Shown: positions 39,941 to 53,648 of the stretch, piece after piece
How positions within the stretch are numbered: position 1 is the stretch's first letter
Layout of the letters: the number at the start of each line of letters is the position of its first letter
From: an uncultured bacterium
GTDB lineage: Bacteria; CSSED10-310
Direction of reading: 5' to 3'
Assembly (NCBI GenBank): GCA_964512995.1
Contig: CAZELM010000003.1
Location: 33,379-97,378, forward strand
Length of the DNA: 64,000 nucleotides
Position numbers and translations under genes: made by a program
The notes under the pieces: generated by a model
Database searches by the model: none
What the model was told of the DNA's origin: nothing
What the model saw: only the letters and a program-made list of their open reading frames with translations

Positions 39941-42900
39941 TTGGAAGATATCTATACTCTGTTCGAAAAGCCAAAAGATACTACCAGGTGGGATGCAATT
40001 CGTATCCAATTGGCATCTCCGGAAAAGATACGTGCGTGGTCTTATGGTGAGGTAACGAAGCCTGAGACGATAAATTATCGGACATTTAAACCCGAACGCG
40101 GTGGATTATTCTGTGCAAAAATTTTCGGCCCCACAAAGGACTTCGAATGTAATTGCGGTAAATATAAACGAATGAAGCATCGTGGAGTTATCTGCGATAA
40201 GTGCGGGGTTGAAGTGATTCAGGCGAAAGTAAGGAGGGAGCGGCTCGGGCACATCGAACTCGCATGCCCGGTATCGCATGTCTGGTTTTTCAAAGGACTT
40301 CCATCTCGAATCGGTAATATTCTGGATATGACACTGAGGGAGTTGGAGCGAATCTTATATTTTGAATTTTATGTTGTGATTGATCCAGGTGATACCCCAT
40401 TGAAAGAAAAGGAGTTACTGGACGAAGAAAAATATCAGAAGCTTCGTGATGACTATGGCCCTCGTTTTAAAGCTGGGATGGGAGCGGAAGCGATCCGCGA
40501 ATTACTTAAAAAAATTGACTGTGAGGTCCTGGCTGTCGAGTTACGTCAAAAAATGCGGGATGAGCATGCGTCAGCACAGGCGAAAAAGAAAGCCGTAAAA
40601 CGTCTGAAAGTCATTGAAGCCATCCGTCAATCAGGGAATCGGCCGGAATGGATGATCATGGAAGTCATTCCGGTCCTGCCGCCCGAATTGCGGCCTCTTG
40701 TCCCTCTCGATGGTGGCCGATTTGCAACTTCTGATCTTAATGATCTGTATCGGCGAGTTATCAATCGGAATAATCGATTAAAGCGACTTCAGGAGTTGAA
40801 AGCTCCCGATGTCATTGTCCGAAATGAAAAGCGAATGCTTCAAGAAGCCGTCGATGCATTGTTCGATAATGGAAGACGGGGACGAGCGCTGAAGGGTCCC
40901 AATAACCGATCACTACGGTCACTTTCTGATATGCTGAAAGGCAAACAAGGACGTTTCCGGCAAAATCTGCTTGGAAAGCGTGTGGATTATTCTGGACGAT
41001 CGGTTATCGTCGTTGGTCCGGAACTTCGCCTGAATGAATGTGGCCTCCCTAAAAAAATGGCTTTGGAGTTATTCAAACCATTTATTTTTAATAAGTTAGA
41101 AGAAAAAGGTCTAGCTCCAACGATCAAGAACGCCAAGAAGATGGTTGAACAGGAGTCGCCGGAAGTATGGGATATCCTGGAGGAGGTCATCAAGGATCAT
41201 CCGGTAATCTTGAATCGTGCGCCAACCCTCCATCGTCTGGGACTTCAAGCGTTTCAGCCGCTCCTCATCGAAGGAAAAGCCATTCGGATTCATCCACTCG
41301 TCTGTACCGCTTTTAATGCAGATTTTGATGGTGATCAGATGGCAGTTCATGTTCCATTATCCGTCGAAGCACAGCTCGAAGCACGTCTCCTGATGATGGC
41401 GAGTAACAACATTCTATCACCCGCGAATGGGAGTCCAATCGCTGTTCCAAGCCAGGATATCGTTTTGGGATGTTATTATTTGACACGTCTTCGAGAAAAT
41501 GAGCCAGGTGAAGGGAAAATTTTTGCATCCACCGAAGAAGCGATAATGGCTTATGAAGCAGGCGAAGTTGCCTTACAGGCGGTTATTCAGGTTCGCGTGG
41601 ATGGCCAGATGATGACAACATCTGTGGGCCGAGTGATTTTCAACGAGGCTTTGCCGGTTGGTTTCCCGTTCTACAACACGGTCGCAGGCAAAAAACAACT
41701 GACCAATATCATCTCACAAGTCTATCGCGATTTCGGACGTGCACGATGTGCGCAAACTTTGGATGCAATAAAAAATCTTGGATTTTCGCATGCATGTCGG
41801 GCAGGAATTTCAATAAATATCAATGACCTCTACATCCCCTCGAATAAAGAAATGCTGATAACTCAAGCCCGAACTGACGTAATCGAAGTTGAGCGGCAAT
41901 ATCAGGACGGAATCATTACAGATGGGGAGCGGTATAATAAAGTCATCGATACATGGTCGCATGTTACAGATAAAGTCGCTGATGAATTATTTAAGGAGTT
42001 GGAAAAATACCGATCTAAAGATGATGGACAGCCGATTCGAGAAAGTGGTGATTTCAATCCGGTTGCGATGATGTCGGAATCGGGAGCTAGAGGATCCAAA
42101 ATGCAAATCCGGCAATTGGCTGGAATGCGTGGATTGATGGCCAAACCATCCGGAGAAATCATTGAAACACCAATTACCGCGAATTTTCGGGAAGGATTGA
42201 CCGTATTACAATATTTCATTTCCACTCATGGCGCTCGAAAAGGACTCGCAGATACCGCTCTGAAAACAGCCGATTCCGGATATCTGACCAGACGACTCGT
42301 CGATGTCGCTCAAGATGTCATCGTAACAGAGGAAAACTGTGGAACCGATAGTGGCATTATCGTCAGTGCGATCGTTGAAGGTGGAGAGGTTATCGAACCA
42401 TTATATGATCGTATTCTGGGTCGGATCGCTGCCAGTCACATCAAAGATCCTTTTACAGGAGAAGTGTTGTGCCCGGAACAGGAGGAAATCGATGAGGTTC
42501 GGGCGATGCGGATCACCAATGCCGGAATCGAGACCGTTACGATCCGATCTGTTCTAACCTGTGAATGCCGATATGGAGTATGCCGGAAGTGTTATGGAAG
42601 AGACTTGGCCGAAGGCAAGCTCGTGGCTTTGGGAGCTGCGGTTGGCGTCATTGCGGCTCAATCCATTGGCGAACCCGGTACACAACTCACCATGCGTACC
42701 TTCCACATTGGAGGCACAGCCAAAGCGATCGAAGAAGATGTTACAGCAGAAACAGAGATCTCAGGACGCGTCATCATCTCACAATCTCTGAGATCTGCTC
42801 AGAATTCAAAAGGAGAAATCGTTGTTCTTTCCCGCAAGGAAGGCAGGATCATCATTGCCCAACCTCATATCCGGGCTGCATTTGATGGCGTACTGAGCAT

Positions 42901-44644
42901 TGCCGATGATCGGCAGGAGAACCAGCCGGGAATTCGGATCACCCTTCGAAGCGAGAACCGAGAAGAATCCTATTTTCTGAAAACAGATGACCTGTATGAT
43001 GATAAAATCAAGCAGTTTGAAGGAAAACTGCAGATTCTCAGAGGAAATGACGAGAAAATTGAGTCCGGGGAGATTCTTGTCGAGAAGATGCGGCAACAAT
43101 GGACAGTTCCAGATAAGATTCCATACGGCGCTAAGCTGCGGGTTGGTGAAGGACAGATCGTTCAGCCAGCAATCTTCGCCAAGATCAGTGCTCTAGTAAA
43201 ATTTTATCATCTAGAAGGTGATCGGCTGATCGAATCCGAATCCGTTCTTAAAAGTATTGAAGGTGGTATATTCGAGATCATTGACCGTGCATGCTTTATG
43301 AAGCTTTTCCTGGAAGAAGATGATGAAAAATCGCTGGAAACTTACTACATCGCCAGAGGTGCGAAGGTTCGAGTAAAAAATGGCGATCGCGTAAAACGAG
43401 ATCAGTTGATCGTGGAATCTACGATGCTTGACAAACCGGACCGTCGCACATTCTTGCTTGCTGACTGGGATCCGTTTGCGATCCCATTGCTTGCTGAGCA
43501 ATCCGGTGAGGTATTGTTGGATGACGTGATTGACGAAGTGACAATCAAGGAGGAACTGGATGTAGTCACCGCTCAGTCACGACGAGTTATCGGCGTTTTC
43601 AGAGAAGAATTGAAATGCCCAATCCTCAAATGTGGGCATCGGGAGTTAAAACGTCGTGAAGGCAAAAAGCAATATTGCCCAGTACATGATAATGAACTCC
43701 AACCCCTGCACCCAAATTTTACAATCAAAGGAACAAAGATCAGAGTTGCATTGCCAACCGGCGCACATCTTTTTGTTGAACCGAAGCAGAAGGTGAATGC
43801 GGGTGATGTCGTAGCATTGATACTCAGAGAGAGTCAGAAAACAAAGGATATTACTGGAGGTTTACCGAGAGTCGTCGAATTATTTGAAGCGCGGAAGCCG
43901 AAGGAATTGGCGGTAATCGCAGAAATCGACGGTGAAATTGTTTATGGACCCATCGAAAAAGGTATGCAAAAAATTCTGATCAAGGGTTCGAGTGGTGCTC
44001 AAGCAGAATACTCAATCCCTCGTGGAACCCATATCAATGTTCAGGAGGGAGACTATGTGAAAGCCGGCGAACCACTCATGGATGGTTCCTCAAATCCGCA
44101 TGATATTTTAGCGGTTTTGGGTGAAAAAGAGCTGCAAAAATATCTCGTCAATGAAGTCCAGGCAGTATATCGGCTCCAAGGTGTTACAATCAATGACAAG
44201 CATATTGAAGTGATCATTCGTCAGATGTTGAAAATGATTCGCGTTGACGACGTAGGAGATACAGATTTCTTGTTGGAGGAACAGGTGGATCGTTGGCGGT
44301 TCAACGAAGAAAACGAGCGTGTAAAAGCACTCTCAGGGCGACCTGCACGTGGAAGTCTCTTGCTCCAGGGAATCACGAAAGCCTCTCTTTCGACTGAGAG
44401 TTTTATCTCAGCAGCATCGTTTCAGGAAACAACACGCGTTCTTACTGAAGCAGCGGTTTCTGGAAAAATCGATAACCTGAGAGGATTGAAAGAAAATGTT
44501 GTTGTTGGCAGATTAATTCCGGCTGGATCAGGTTTCAAACTCTACCGCGACACTGCGATCAGAATAATCCCGAAAAAAGATATTTCCGCCGACAATTCCA
44601 GCTCAAATGGACAGGATAGCCATGAAATTGCGTCAGCGCCGTAA
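39941..44644 (+). CDS. rpoC: DNA-directed RNA polymerase beta' subunit RpoC (1567 aa, with an enlarged trigger-loop insertion)
   Basis: N-terminal Zn finger [20 protein letters not shown], catalytic [21 protein letters not shown] Zn site, trigger loop [17 protein letters not shown]. Confidence 0.95.
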   Translation: MEDIYTLFEKPKDTTRWDAIRIQLASPEKIRAWSYGEVTKPETINYRTFKPERGGLFCAKIFGPTKDFECNCGKYKRMKHRGVICDKCGVEVIQAKVRRERLGHIELACPVSHVWFFKGLPSRIGNILDMTLRELERILYFEFYVVIDPGDTPLKEKELLDEEKYQKLRDDYGPRFKAGMGAEAIRELLKKIDCEVLAVELRQKMRDEHASAQAKKKAVKRLKVIEAIRQSGNRPEWMIMEVIPVLPPELRPLVPLDGGRFATSDLNDLYRRVINRNNRLKRLQELKAPDVIVRNEKRMLQEAVDALFDNGRRGRALKGPNNRSLRSLSDMLKGKQGRFRQNLLGKRVDYSGRSVIVVGPELRLNECGLPKKMALELFKPFIFNKLEEKGLAPTIKNAKKMVEQESPEVWDILEEVIKDHPVILNRAPTLHRLGLQAFQPLLIEGKAIRIHPLVCTAFNADFDGDQMAVHVPLSVEAQLEARLLMMASNNILSPANGSPIAVPSQDIVLGCYYLTRLRENEPGEGKIFASTEEAIMAYEAGEVALQAVIQVRVDGQMMTTSVGRVIFNEALPVGFPFYNTVAGKKQLTNIISQVYRDFGRARCAQTLDAIKNLGFSHACRAGISININDLYIPSNKEMLITQARTDVIEVERQYQDGIITDGERYNKVIDTWSHVTDKVADELFKELEKYRSKDDGQPIRESGDFNPVAMMSESGARGSKMQIRQLAGMRGLMAKPSGEIIETPITANFREGLTVLQYFISTHGARKGLADTALKTADSGYLTRRLVDVAQDVIVTEENCGTDSGIIVSAIVEGGEVIEPLYDRILGRIAASHIKDPFTGEVLCPEQEEIDEVRAMRITNAGIETVTIRSVLTCECRYGVCRKCYGRDLAEGKLVALGAAVGVIAAQSIGEPGTQLTMRTFHIGGTAKAIEEDVTAETEISGRVIISQSLRSAQNSKGEIVVLSRKEGRIIIAQPHIRAAFDGVLSIADDRQENQPGIRITLRSENREESYFLKTDDLYDDKIKQFEGKLQILRGNDEKIESGEILVEKMRQQWTVPDKIPYGAKLRVGEGQIVQPAIFAKISALVKFYHLEGDRLIESESVLKSIEGGIFEIIDRACFMKLFLEEDDEKSLETYYIARGAKVRVKNGDRVKRDQLIVESTMLDKPDRRTFLLADWDPFAIPLLAEQSGEVLLDDVIDEVTIKEELDVVTAQSRRVIGVFREELKCPILKCGHRELKRREGKKQYCPVHDNELQPLHPNFTIKGTKIRVALPTGAHLFVEPKQKVNAGDVVALILRESQKTKDITGGLPRVVELFEARKPKELAVIAEIDGEIVYGPIEKGMQKILIKGSSGAQAEYSIPRGTHINVQEGDYVKAGEPLMDGSSNPHDILAVLGEKELQKYLVNEVQAVYRLQGVTINDKHIEVIIRQMLKMIRVDDVGDTDFLLEEQVDRWRFNEENERVKALSGRPARGSLLLQGITKASLSTESFISAASFQETTRVLTEAAVSGKIDNLRGLKENVVVGRLIPAGSGFKLYRDTAIRIIPKKDISADNSSSNGQDSHEIASAP

Positions 44645-44682
44645 AAATTTGGAGCTACTTTGCGGTAATAGCATCTTTTAAC

Positions 44683-44711
44683 TTGACAATTACAGAACTC
44701 AAAAGTAATCT
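44683..44711 (+). promoter_or_regulatory. Sigma70-like promoter for the str operon (TTGACA, 17 nt spacer, TAATCT)
   Basis: -35 TTGACA at ~44683-44688, 17-nt spacer, -10 TAATCT at ~44706-44711, about 40 nt upstream of the rpsL GTG start. GGAG RBS 6 nt before the start. Confidence 0.45.
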
Positions 44712-44749
44712 CACACAGTTTTTGCTAGTAACTTTCAGAGGAGAATGTC

Positions 44750-45124
44750 GTGCCAACTATTAATCAGTTAGTCAGAAAAGGAAGAACGAAGATCAAAGAC
44801 AAATCAAACACTCCAGCTCTATTGTCTTGTCCACAGCGGAAAGGTGTTTGCACAAAAGTATCAACTACAACTCCCAAAAAGCCCAATTCAGCATTGCGGA
44901 AAGTGGCTCGAGTCAGGTTGACTAATGGGATTGAAGTAACATCTTATATCCCGGGCGAAGGACACAATCTTCAGGAACATTCCACAGTACTGGTTCGAGG
45001 TGGTCGAGTGAAGGATCTACCTGGAGTGAGGTATCATATTGTCAGAGGAACACTCGAAAGTTCTGGCGTTGATGCAAGACGAAAAGGAAGATCAAAATAC
45101 GGAGCGAAAAGACCGAAGGCGTAG
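44750..45124 (+). CDS. rpsL: Ribosomal protein S12 (GTG start)
   Basis: [11 protein letters not shown]...[19 protein letters not shown]. Confidence 0.95.
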   Translation: MPTINQLVRKGRTKIKDKSNTPALLSCPQRKGVCTKVSTTTPKKPNSALRKVARVRLTNGIEVTSYIPGEGHNLQEHSTVLVRGGRVKDLPGVRYHIVRGTLESSGVDARRKGRSKYGAKRPKA

Positions 45125-45185
45125 ATTTCGGGGTAGATGTCCCTGAGAACTCGATATTGCGGATATATGGTAAAAGGAGGTTCGA

Positions 45186-45656
45186 ATGCCACGAAGAAAA
45201 GTGGTTGAAAAAAGAGAATTATACCCCGATCCGAAATTCGGAAGTATTATCGTAGCAAAATTTGTCAATAATTTGATGTATGATGGCAAGAAAAGTGTTT
45301 CGGAGCGAATTTTTTATAAAGCATTGGATCTGATTGAAATTAAATCGAAACAGGACCCCTTAAAAGTTTTTAAAAAAGCTCTGGATAATGTTAAACCGCT
45401 TCTTGAAGTCAAATCTCGCCGGGTTGGTGGAGCTACATATCAGGTCCCTGTGGAGGTCGCTCCAGACCGCCGATTGGCACTGAGCTTTCGATGGATTATT
45501 ACCTATGCGCGTTCTCGATCTGAAAAAACCATGTCAGATCGATTGGCAAACGAAATCATTGATGCCGCAAATAGCCGAGGAAATTCAATTAAAAAACGTG
45601 AAGATACTCACAAAATGGCCGAGGCTAATAAGGCATTTGCGCATTATCGATGGTAA
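45186..45656 (+). CDS. rpsG: Ribosomal protein S7
   Basis: [20 protein letters not shown]... 156 aa. Confidence 0.95.
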   Translation: MPRRKVVEKRELYPDPKFGSIIVAKFVNNLMYDGKKSVSERIFYKALDLIEIKSKQDPLKVFKKALDNVKPLLEVKSRRVGGATYQVPVEVAPDRRLALSFRWIITYARSRSEKTMSDRLANEIIDAANSRGNSIKKREDTHKMAEANKAFAHYRW

Positions 45657-45672
45657 TCAAAAGGAGATTATT

Positions 45673-46878
<1,206 letters not shown>

Positions 46879-46902
46879 TAATTTGCTATACAGATAACTC
46901 AT

Positions 46903-46938
46903 GGCCTGTCCTCTATCATCGAAGAGGCGGCCTTTTTT
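46903..46938 (+). terminator. Rho-independent terminator-like hairpin after tuf copy 2 (GC stem followed by a T6 run), upstream of the S10 operon
   Basis: GGCCtGTCCTCT...AGAGGcGGCC stem followed by TTTTTT. Confidence 0.5.
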
Positions 46939-46971
46939 AACAGTATTGTTAGGGTGAATGCGGAGGAAATG

Positions 46972-47280
46972 ATGGCCGAACAAAAGATTCGGATTCGATT
47001 GAAAGCCTATGATTATCGGTTATTAGATCAATCTGCAAGTGAAATAGCGACAACCTCAAGGCGGACAGGCGCAAGAGTAATTGGTCCGATTCCGTTGCCC
47101 ACAAAGCTTAATAAATTTTGTGTTTTGCGAGGTCCGCATGTTGATAAAAAGAGCCGAGAACAATTCGAAATCAGAACACATAAACGCCTCATAGATATTC
47201 TAAGCCCGACTCCACAGACCGTTGATGCATTGATGCGGCTGGAGCTGCCGGCTGGCGTGGATGTGGAAATAAAATTGTAA
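46972..47280 (+). CDS. rpsJ: Ribosomal protein S10
   Basis: [29 protein letters not shown] 5 nt upstream. Confidence 0.95.
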   Translation: MAEQKIRIRLKAYDYRLLDQSASEIATTSRRTGARVIGPIPLPTKLNKFCVLRGPHVDKKSREQFEIRTHKRLIDILSPTPQTVDALMRLELPAGVDVEIKL

Positions 47281-47300
47281 GAGTATAGGGGAGACGGAGT

Positions 47301-47933
47301 ATGGCCGTTGGAATTATTGGAAAAAAATTAGGTATGACTCAATTATTTGATATCAAGGGTCATCTTGTTCCAATTACTGTGATTCAGGCCGGTCCTTGCC
47401 CGGTTGTTCAAAAGAAAACATTAGAGACTGATGGCTATACCGCAGTCCAAATTGGTTTTCAAGAAATAGATAGAAAAAAAATTCGAAATAAACCGATCGC
47501 AGGACATTTTAAGCGTGCAGGAGTCAAACCGACAAAAGTATTAAAAGAGTTTCGTGTTTCAGATACGACGCCATACGAAGTCGGACAGAAGTTGGATATA
47601 GACTTCTTTAAACCAACCGAACGCGTAACAATTACGGGAATTTCCAAAGGACGGGGCTATGCGGGAGTAATCAAACGGCATGGATTTGCAGGAAAAGATC
47701 TTGGCCATGGATCCCATGAAGCTTTCCGGCATGGCGGCTCTATAGGTTGCCGAACTCCTAAACATACAATCCGCGGAATGAAAATGGCCGGACGAATGGG
47801 TGGTCAAAAATTTACGATTAAAAACTTAAAGGTTGTATTTGTTGATAAAGATAATAACTTACTGTTGATAAAAGGTTCAGTTCCAGGCTGGAAAGGTGGA
47901 TATGTTTTCGTCAGGAAAGCCGAAGGGAGATAG
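47301..47933 (+). CDS. rplC: Ribosomal protein L3
   Basis: [17 protein letters not shown]..., 210 aa. Confidence 0.95.
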   Translation: MAVGIIGKKLGMTQLFDIKGHLVPITVIQAGPCPVVQKKTLETDGYTAVQIGFQEIDRKKIRNKPIAGHFKRAGVKPTKVLKEFRVSDTTPYEVGQKLDIDFFKPTERVTITGISKGRGYAGVIKRHGFAGKDLGHGSHEAFRHGGSIGCRTPKHTIRGMKMAGRMGGQKFTIKNLKVVFVDKDNNLLLIKGSVPGWKGGYVFVRKAEGR

Positions 47934-47941
47934 AAGAAACT

Positions 47942-48580
47942 ATGCCAAAAATTGATGTAAAATCGATAGAAGGTCAGAAAGTCGGAGAAGTAGAACTCCC
48001 GGATGATATTTTTTCCGTACCTTTCAACCCATTTCCGATTCAAGAAGTTGTTCGGATGCAACTCGCAAATCGGAGAAGAGGAACGCATAAAACAAAAGAA
48101 CGGTCTGAAGTGTCTGGCTCGACAAGAAAACTTTACCGTCAAAAAGGAACCGGACATGCTCGTGCGGGAAGCATCAAATCACCTCTTAGACGCGGTGGTG
48201 GAACTATTTTCGGTCCCCAACCACGAGATTACTCATTTTTACCGCCTAAAAAAGTTCGACGTAAGGCCTTATGCATTGCATTAACCCAGAAATTAGACAA
48301 AAAGCAGATCGAAATCGTAAGAGAATTTCCAGTCGATGAACCGAAAACGAAGCGAATGCTGGCAAAATTGGATCCACAGAATCTCCATAAAAAAACATTA
48401 ATTATTTTAAGCGAGTTGGATGAACCGCATCGGACAAATCTAAAATTGTCATTGCATAATGTGCCATTCTGCAAAATTTTAAAACCAGAAGGTCTCAATG
48501 TTTTGGATTTGCTCTATCACCAAAGAGTTATATTCCTGGAAAAAAGTATCCCTATGATCACACAGAGGCTAGGATCATGA
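47942..48580 (+). CDS. rplD: Ribosomal protein L4
   Basis: Position and conserved L4 core (RQKGTGHARAGSIKSPLRRGGG). Confidence 0.9.
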   Translation: MPKIDVKSIEGQKVGEVELPDDIFSVPFNPFPIQEVVRMQLANRRRGTHKTKERSEVSGSTRKLYRQKGTGHARAGSIKSPLRRGGGTIFGPQPRDYSFLPPKKVRRKALCIALTQKLDKKQIEIVREFPVDEPKTKRMLAKLDPQNLHKKTLIILSELDEPHRTNLKLSLHNVPFCKILKPEGLNVLDLLYHQRVIFLEKSIPMITQRLGS

Positions 48581-48867
48581 GAAGTCCATATGATTTTATT
48601 AGAAGTCCGTTGATTACAGAGAAAACAACTGCACAAAAGGCGATGAGCAATGCAGTTTCATTCAAGGTTGATATTCGCGCTACCAAAGTGCAGATCCGAA
48701 ACGCGGTATCCAAGATTTTTGGTGTAAAGGTCTTGGATGTAAAAACGATGAAAATAAAAGGAAAAATGAAACGATTGGGGCGCTATTCCGGGAAAAGACC
48801 CGACTGGAAGAAAGCGATCGTGAAGTTAGAGCCCGGTGCAAAAATCGAATACTTTGAGGGTGTATAA
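48577..48867 (+). CDS. rplW: Ribosomal protein L23
   Basis: 96 aa. IRSPLITEKTT... Position between L4 and L2. Confidence 0.9.
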   Translation: MRSPYDFIRSPLITEKTTAQKAMSNAVSFKVDIRATKVQIRNAVSKIFGVKVLDVKTMKIKGKMKRLGRYSGKRPDWKKAIVKLEPGAKIEYFEGV

Positions 48868-48894
48868 ATTTTTAGAAATTGATAAGAGGGAATC

Positions 48895-49719
48895 ATGTCG
48901 GTAAAAAGTTTTAATCCAACATCCCCAGCACGGCGATATATGACAGTGTTGGGATTTGATGAGATAACGAAACAGAGTCCTGAAAAATCACTGAGTAAAG
49001 GATTAAAGAAAAAAGCAGGCAGGAATAACACTGGAAGCGTGATGGTAAGGCGGCGTGGTGGTGGACATAAAAGGCGGTATAGACAAATTGATTTCTTTCG
49101 AGCTAAAAACGCGATACCCGCCACAGTGAAAGCCATCGAGTACGATCCAAATCGATCGGCCAATATTGCATTGCTGTCATATGTGGATGGTGAGAAGCGG
49201 TACATTATTGCTCCCCATGGTCTCAAAATTGGCGATACATTGGAATCCGGATCGCAATCCGATATCCGAGTCGGCAATGCACTCCCACTGAAAAACATAC
49301 CAGTCGGAACATATGTCCATAATATCGAGTTGCGGATTGGAAAAGGTGGACAACTCGCACGAAGCGCGGGTTCCTTTGGGCAGATATTGGCAAAAGAAAA
49401 TAATTTTGCTCAAATTCGACTTCCGTCAGGGGAAGTTCGCCTGGTCAATATTAATTGTGTTGCAACAATTGGACAGGTCGGAAATCAGGAATACGAAAAT
49501 GTACAGATAGGCAAAGCTGGCCGGTCACGCTGGCTTGGAAAGCGGCCGAAAGTTCGTGGAGTCGCAATGAATCCAATTGATCACCCCCATGGTGGTGGTG
49601 AAGGACGAACATCGGGAGGGCGCCATCCAGTTACACCTTGGGGTGTATCAACCAAGGGCCATAAAACACGCGGAAAGAAAATTTCCGATAAGTATATTTT
49701 GAAACGTCGAACAAAATAA
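48895..49719 (+). CDS. rplB: Ribosomal protein L2
   Basis: [13 protein letters not shown]; [24 protein letters not shown]. Confidence 0.95.
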   Translation: MSVKSFNPTSPARRYMTVLGFDEITKQSPEKSLSKGLKKKAGRNNTGSVMVRRRGGGHKRRYRQIDFFRAKNAIPATVKAIEYDPNRSANIALLSYVDGEKRYIIAPHGLKIGDTLESGSQSDIRVGNALPLKNIPVGTYVHNIELRIGKGGQLARSAGSFGQILAKENNFAQIRLPSGEVRLVNINCVATIGQVGNQEYENVQIGKAGRSRWLGKRPKVRGVAMNPIDHPHGGGEGRTSGGRHPVTPWGVSTKGHKTRGKKISDKYILKRRTK

Positions 49720-49734
49720 CCGGAGGACTAGACA

Positions 49735-50022
49735 GTGGCTCGTTCAAGAAAAAAAGGACCTTATGTTGATCCGAAGTTATTAAAAAAAGTAGAGCAAACC
49801 CAGAACTCCGGAGAACGACGGATGATAAAAACATGGTCGAGAAGTTCCATGATCACTCCGGAATTTATCGGATTGACAATTGCTGTTCATAATGGAAAAA
49901 AGCATATGCCGGTTTACATAACAGAAAATATGATCGGCCACAGATTGGGAGAGTTTTCACCGACGCGGACATTCCGAGGGCATTCGGGAACAAAAAGTGA
50001 AAAAGCTTCCCGGGTAAAATAA
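49735..50022 (+). CDS. rpsS: Ribosomal protein S19
   Basis: [18 protein letters not shown]...[26 protein letters not shown]. Confidence 0.95.
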   Translation: MARSRKKGPYVDPKLLKKVEQTQNSGERRMIKTWSRSSMITPEFIGLTIAVHNGKKHMPVYITENMIGHRLGEFSPTRTFRGHSGTKSEKASRVK

Positions 50023-50037
50023 GGGAAGGGTTGATCC

Positions 50038-50370
50038 ATGGATTTTACAGCAACATTACGATTTACGAGAATATCAGCATTTAAAGCGAGGAAAGTCGCT
50101 GATCTAGTTCGTGGGAAAAAAGCGCAAGATGCGCTTGTTATCCTTAAATTCATGCCGCAAAAGGCGTCGAGTATTTTAGGGAATTTAATAAAGTCAGCCG
50201 TGGCAAACGCTGAACAGGCTGAAAGTCAGATAGATATTGAAGAACTTAAAATTCAAAAGATTTTGGTAGACGAAGGTCCAACCATGAAGCGATTTCAGTT
50301 TAGAGCCCAAGGAAGAGTATATAAGATTCGCAAACGAACCAGTCATATAACACTCGTTATTGGGGAATAA
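50038..50370 (+). CDS. rplV: Ribosomal protein L22
   Basis: 110 aa, ISAFKARKVADLVRGKKAQDAL. Confidence 0.9.
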   Translation: MDFTATLRFTRISAFKARKVADLVRGKKAQDALVILKFMPQKASSILGNLIKSAVANAEQAESQIDIEELKIQKILVDEGPTMKRFQFRAQGRVYKIRKRTSHITLVIGE

Positions 50371-50425
50371 GCTTTTAACGTAATTGCTTGGCAGTTTCGA
50401 TATACGGCAATAGGTTAGGAGGTGT

Positions 50426-51181
50426 GTGTTGGGGCAGAAAGTAAACCCAATTGGACTGAGATTAGGTATTGTTAAAACATGGTACTCAAAATGGTATTCG
50501 GACAAGGAATATGCAAAAGCGCTGCATGAAGATTTGAGTATTCGAAATTATATTCGCAAAAATATGAATCATGCGGGTATTGCAAGCGTCGAGATCGAAC
50601 GAGCTGCGGATCAAGTTCGGGTCAACATTCATACTGCACGCCCTGGTATTATCATTGGCCCGAGAGGCACCGAAGTTGATAAAATTAAAAAATCAATTCA
50701 AAGTATGACCGAGAAACAAGTTTTTTTAAATATTCGTGAAGTAAAAACCCCGGAAGCAGATGCTCAGCTTGTTTCAGAAACGATCGCAATTCAATTGGAA
50801 CGAAAAGTTTCTTTTCGACGAGCCATGAAAAAAGCCTTGGCAGGTGCTCTTCGGTTTGGCGCGAAAGGCATTCGCATCAGTTGTTCGGGTCGTTTGGGTG
50901 GAGCAGAGATGTCGAGGCAAGAACAATATCGGGAAGGTCGTGTTCCCTTGCATACGCTAAGAGCAGATATTGATTATGGATTTTCAATTGCGAATACCAC
51001 ATACGGTTGTATTGGAGTCAAGGTGTGGATTTTCAAGGGCGAGATTATTCAGGGTAGAGAAGATATTGAAAATAAAAAACCGATGAAAGGAACTACCCAG
51101 CGCCGTGGAGATCGCACGAATCAAATGAGTCCCCGAGATCAGCTAGGAAGACCGACTCGGAGACGAGTGGAGAAAATCTGA
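50426..51181 (+). CDS. rpsC: Ribosomal protein S3
   Basis: [15 protein letters not shown]...; KH domain. Arg/Gly-rich C-terminal extension. Confidence 0.95.
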   Translation: MLGQKVNPIGLRLGIVKTWYSKWYSDKEYAKALHEDLSIRNYIRKNMNHAGIASVEIERAADQVRVNIHTARPGIIIGPRGTEVDKIKKSIQSMTEKQVFLNIREVKTPEADAQLVSETIAIQLERKVSFRRAMKKALAGALRFGAKGIRISCSGRLGGAEMSRQEQYREGRVPLHTLRADIDYGFSIANTTYGCIGVKVWIFKGEIIQGREDIENKKPMKGTTQRRGDRTNQMSPRDQLGRPTRRRVEKI

Positions 51182-51606
51182 TGTTGCAGCCTAAAAAAGT
51201 AAAATTCAGAAAAATGCACAAAGGCAGAATGCGCGGAACTGCTTCACGGGCATCAACCTTGGCTTTTGGGAGTTATGGACTTCAGGTAATCGAACCAGGT
51301 TGGATTTCCGATCGGCAAATCGAAGCCGCACGTATCGCTATGACACGACACATCAAAAGAGGCGGCCGGATTTGGATTCGCATTTTTCCCGATAAACCGA
51401 TCACATCAAAACCCGCTGAAACGCGAATGGGGAAAGGAAAAGGTAATCCAGAATATTGGGTTACAGTTGTAAAACCTGGCAGGATTTTGTATGAAATGGA
51501 AGGCGTTGAGCCGGAAATCGCACGCGAAGCATTACGTCTTGCGTCCCATAAATTACCACTTAAGACGCGTATGGTGGAGCAAAAAAAGGAGGCTTTTGAA
51601 GTATGA
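51181..51606 (+). CDS. rplP: Ribosomal protein L16
   Basis: [19 protein letters not shown]. Confidence 0.95.
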   Translation: MLQPKKVKFRKMHKGRMRGTASRASTLAFGSYGLQVIEPGWISDRQIEAARIAMTRHIKRGGRIWIRIFPDKPITSKPAETRMGKGKGNPEYWVTVVKPGRILYEMEGVEPEIAREALRLASHKLPLKTRMVEQKKEAFEV

Positions 51607-51788
51607 AACCTCAACAGCTTCGCGAATTAACACTGGATGAATTAAAAATCAAACTGAAAGAGATGCAAGAAATGCTATTTCGATATCGCTTTCAAAAAGC
51701 ACTGGGACAATTAAGTAATCCGATCATGATCCGAATTCTCAGACGTGATATCGCTCGCGTTAAAACAACTATCAATCAAAAGATATAA
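51603..51788 (+). CDS. rpmC: Ribosomal protein L29
   Basis: 61 aa. [36 protein letters not shown]. Confidence 0.9.
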   Translation: MKPQQLRELTLDELKIKLKEMQEMLFRYRFQKALGQLSNPIMIRILRRDIARVKTTINQKI

Positions 51789-51802
51789 TTTGGGTGTCGT
51801 CT

Positions 51803-52063
51803 ATGGAACAGTCACAAAAGTTTCGGAAACACAGAGTAGGCGTCGTGGTGAGCGACAAAATGAATAAAACGGTAAATGTTTTAGTCCAACGATCCATTAT
51901 TCATCCGATTTTCCAGAAAGTCGTTCTTCGCCGCAAAAAATTCATGGCTCATGATGAAGAAAACCAATGTAAGATTGGCGATAAAGTAATGATCGAGGAA
52001 ACTCGGCCATTATCTAAGAATAAACGATGGAAAATTATAGAAATAATCGAACGCGCAAAATAA
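51803..52063 (+). CDS. rpsQ: Ribosomal protein S17. The ORF-track start at 51794 is GTG; ATG 51803 is more likely
   Basis: [30 protein letters not shown]. Confidence 0.9.
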   Translation: MEQSQKFRKHRVGVVVSDKMNKTVNVLVQRSIIHPIFQKVVLRRKKFMAHDEENQCKIGDKVMIEETRPLSKNKRWKIIEIIERAK

Positions 52064-52096
52064 GTTCGATTAAGCTTTACTGAAGGGAGACTGATA

Positions 52097-52465
52097 ATGA
52101 TTCAGTTGCGCACAACGCTGGACGTAGCTGATAACTCAGGTGCAAAAAAGATTCAATGCATAAAAGTAATCGGCGGTTCTGGAAAAAAATATGCAACAGT
52201 CGGTGATATAATCATCGTTTCGATCAAAGAAACCATCCCAGGTTCCGAATTAAAAAAAGGCTCGGTGGCACGAGCTGTTGTGGTCAGGACAAAAAAGGAA
52301 TTACGACGATCCGATGGGAGTTATATCCGGTTCGATCGGAATTCTGCGGTGATCATCAATAATCAAAATGAGCCAGTCGGAACACGCGTGTTTGGTCCTA
52401 TCGCTCGGGAGCTTAGAGATAAAGCGTTTATGAAAATCATATCGCTAGCTCCTGAAGTAATTTAA
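52097..52465 (+). CDS. rplN: Ribosomal protein L14
   Basis: [24 protein letters not shown]. Confidence 0.95.
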   Translation: MIQLRTTLDVADNSGAKKIQCIKVIGGSGKKYATVGDIIIVSIKETIPGSELKKGSVARAVVVRTKKELRRSDGSYIRFDRNSAVIINNQNEPVGTRVFGPIARELRDKAFMKIISLAPEVI

Positions 52466-52478
52466 GGAAACACCTGCA

Positions 52479-52829
52479 ATGAAACCCAAAATGTTGGATC
52501 AACCCAAAATAAAACTGACCTTGAAAAAGAATGATCAGGTATTGGTGGTCGCTGGAGACGAACGAGGGAAAAAGGGCAAAGTGCTAAAGGTTTTCCCGGA
52601 AGAGTATCGAGCCATTGTTGAAGGTGTGAATTTTATCAAGAAAGCGCAACGCCCTAATCAGAGATCCCAGAAGGGTGGTATCATTGAGAAAGAAGCTCCT
52701 GTTCAGATTTCCAACTTGAAAGTCATCTGTAGACACTGTCAGAAGCCAACACGATTAGGACGTTCAAGACTTGAAAGCGGCCAACGGATTAGAGTGTGCA
52801 AAAAGTGTGGCGAAATTATCGAAAAATAG
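52479..52829 (+). CDS. rplX: Ribosomal protein L24 with a C-terminal C4 zinc-ribbon-like extension
   Basis: KOW core (KKNDQVLVVAGDERGKKGKVLKV). Extra C-terminal CRHCQK...CKKCGE. Confidence 0.9.
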   Translation: MKPKMLDQPKIKLTLKKNDQVLVVAGDERGKKGKVLKVFPEEYRAIVEGVNFIKKAQRPNQRSQKGGIIEKEAPVQISNLKVICRHCQKPTRLGRSRLESGQRIRVCKKCGEIIEK

Positions 52830-52853
52830 ATGAAATCGATTTGGTGAGGTAAG

Positions 52854-53408
52854 ATGATTGTGAAAAAAATACCCAATTTAAAACGCTTTTATAAAGAAGA
52901 AGTCGTTACACGTCTCCAAAAAGACTTTAACTATACAAACATAATGGAAGTGCCGAAACTCGTAAAAGTTGTATGTAATTCTGGTTTGGGAGAAGCTATT
53001 CAAAACCATAGAATTATGGAAACCGCGTCGAAAGAGATGGAATTGATTACAGGACAGAAACCTGTTATTACCAAAGCTCGGAAATCGATCGCAGGTTTTA
53101 AAATCCGCCAAGGAATGCCCATTGGATGTCGTGTGACCTTACGCGGAAACCTGATGTATGAATTTCTCGATCGCCTGCTGAATATCTCATTGCCACGCGT
53201 TCGAGATTTCCGAGGTATCGCTCCAAAAGGATTTGACGGACGAGGTAATTTTACACTTGGCATAACAGAACAATTAATTTTTCCCGAAATCGTCTATGAT
53301 TCTGTCGAGCGCGTGAATGGGTTTTCAATAACGATCGTCACGACAGCAAAAACAGATGAAGAAAGCAAACGGCTGTTACAGTTATTGGGGATGCCTTTTA
53401 AAGGCTAA
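52854..53408 (+). CDS. rplE: Ribosomal protein L5
   Basis: 184 aa. Conserved L5 core ([18 protein letters not shown]). Confidence 0.95.
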   Translation: MIVKKIPNLKRFYKEEVVTRLQKDFNYTNIMEVPKLVKVVCNSGLGEAIQNHRIMETASKEMELITGQKPVITKARKSIAGFKIRQGMPIGCRVTLRGNLMYEFLDRLLNISLPRVRDFRGIAPKGFDGRGNFTLGITEQLIFPEIVYDSVERVNGFSITIVTTAKTDEESKRLLQLLGMPFKG

Positions 53409-53428
53409 TTTTTAGAGGAGATTTCGTT

Positions 53429-53614
53429 TTGGCTAAAAAATCAATGATCATTAAATGGCAAAGGAAGCCAAAATTTAAAGTGAGAGCCTATAATCGATGT
53501 CGACGATGTGGTCGTCCGCGGGGATATTTACGGAAATTTGAATTATGCCGAATTTGTTTTAGAGAACTCGCTTCACATGGCGAAATTCCAGGAGTTACTA
53601 AATCAAGTTGGTAG
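53429..53614 (+). CDS. rpsZ: Ribosomal protein S14 type Z (zinc-binding, 61 aa)
   Basis: [22 protein letters not shown]. Confidence 0.9.
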   Translation: MAKKSMIIKWQRKPKFKVRAYNRCRRCGRPRGYLRKFELCRICFRELASHGEIPGVTKSSW

Positions 53615-53648
53615 AATTCTATCATAATTTTTAGGGAGATGGTTTTTT

